From Malacoraja senta (taxonomy: Eukaryota): DNA of 64,000 nt. The stretch's first letter is position 1; each line of letters starts with the position of its first letter. The DNA lies in assembly GCA_038087875.1 (NCBI GenBank), contig CM075980.1, positions 9,176,001-9,240,000 of the forward strand. Reading direction: 5' to 3'. Below the pieces are notes generated by a model. The model saw only the letters and a program-made list of their open reading frames with translations. It ran no database searches and was not told where the DNA came from. The position numbers were made by a program, and so were the translations under genes. Shown piece after piece: positions 63,491 to 64,000 of this stretch.

Positions 63491-63876
63491 CAAAGATCCT
63501 ATAGCAAGCAAGATAGATCACTCGACGAAAAAGACGTAGTACGGTCATGGGCAGATTCATGGGTAATTTTCGGCCCCATTTCCGTAACCGGCTTCCATCT
63601 CAGCACCAAAGCTCCCATAGGATACTAGTGCGGATACGGAAGCCGGTTACGGAAACATCCTCGTAACAATAAAAGTTATTTGGGAAAAATCTTCTCATTT
63701 TCAGAATTATAATTTATTAACACAAACTGTTCCCCCGCAACGCTGATTACACTGTGAGTCGGGTCGGGTTACTGAAATGGATGAAAAAAAGGCCCACGTT
63801 CCGCTCCATTGCGTACTACACGTCAGCCCATTGCATTTAGAAGGAGTGGTCTATCTTGCTTGCTATAGGATCTTTG
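63491..63876. mobile_element. MITE with CAAAG termini (P-element-like or hAT)
   Basis: 33-bp terminal inverted repeat with one mismatch, CAAAGATCCTATAGCAAGCAAGATAGA...; 8-bp target duplication GTATGATC/GTGTGATC. Confidence 0.85.
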
Positions 63877-64000
63877 GTGTGATCTGTTTGTATAGCACAC
63901 AAAACAAAATTTGGAACTCATGATAATAATAAACCAATACCATCATGTCCTCATGCTCTTTTATGAGAATTTGATCCCTCTACGCATAAACTCTTAAATT

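Noticed and set aside
1-64000. CRISPR arrays, rRNA genes or prokaryotic operons
   Set aside because: The sequence is a vertebrate intron-exon locus with no regularly spaced repeat-spacer array or rRNA similarity

Overview
Eukaryotic DNA, most likely from a cartilaginous fish (the CR1, Penelope and HE1-type SINE content suggests a skate or ray). The window holds nearly the whole paxillin (PXN) gene on the + strand: coding exons run from 14582 to the TAG at 49844, and a likely poly(A) signal sits at 51385. Exon 1 (MDDL) was not found and presumably lies upstream. Ten conserved exons splice in frame into LD1-LD5 plus four LIM domains (about 561 aa if exon 1 supplies the usual 13 nt). Between LD4 and LD5 are three further in-frame phase-0 exons (981+264+633 nt, 626 aa) that resemble the little-studied long human PXN insert. 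Two of them end in non-canonical GC donors, they are surrounded by a dense cluster of RBFOX TGCATG motifs, and they encode extra LD-like helices, an 8-aa proline repeat and a candidate LC8 (DYNLL) CQT motif. Two more candidate in-frame micro-exons were found. The rest is mostly transposon-derived: an internally deleted Gypsy LTR element with an unusually long tRNA-Leu primer-binding site, an L1 fragment, many CR1 pieces (one nested three deep), Penelope-like fragments carrying hammerhead-like cores (often as inverted pairs, one with a captured local sequence), a V-SINE, Rex/Babar remnants and several DNA-transposon MITEs. All family assignments and comparisons with human PXN are from recall, not from database searches.
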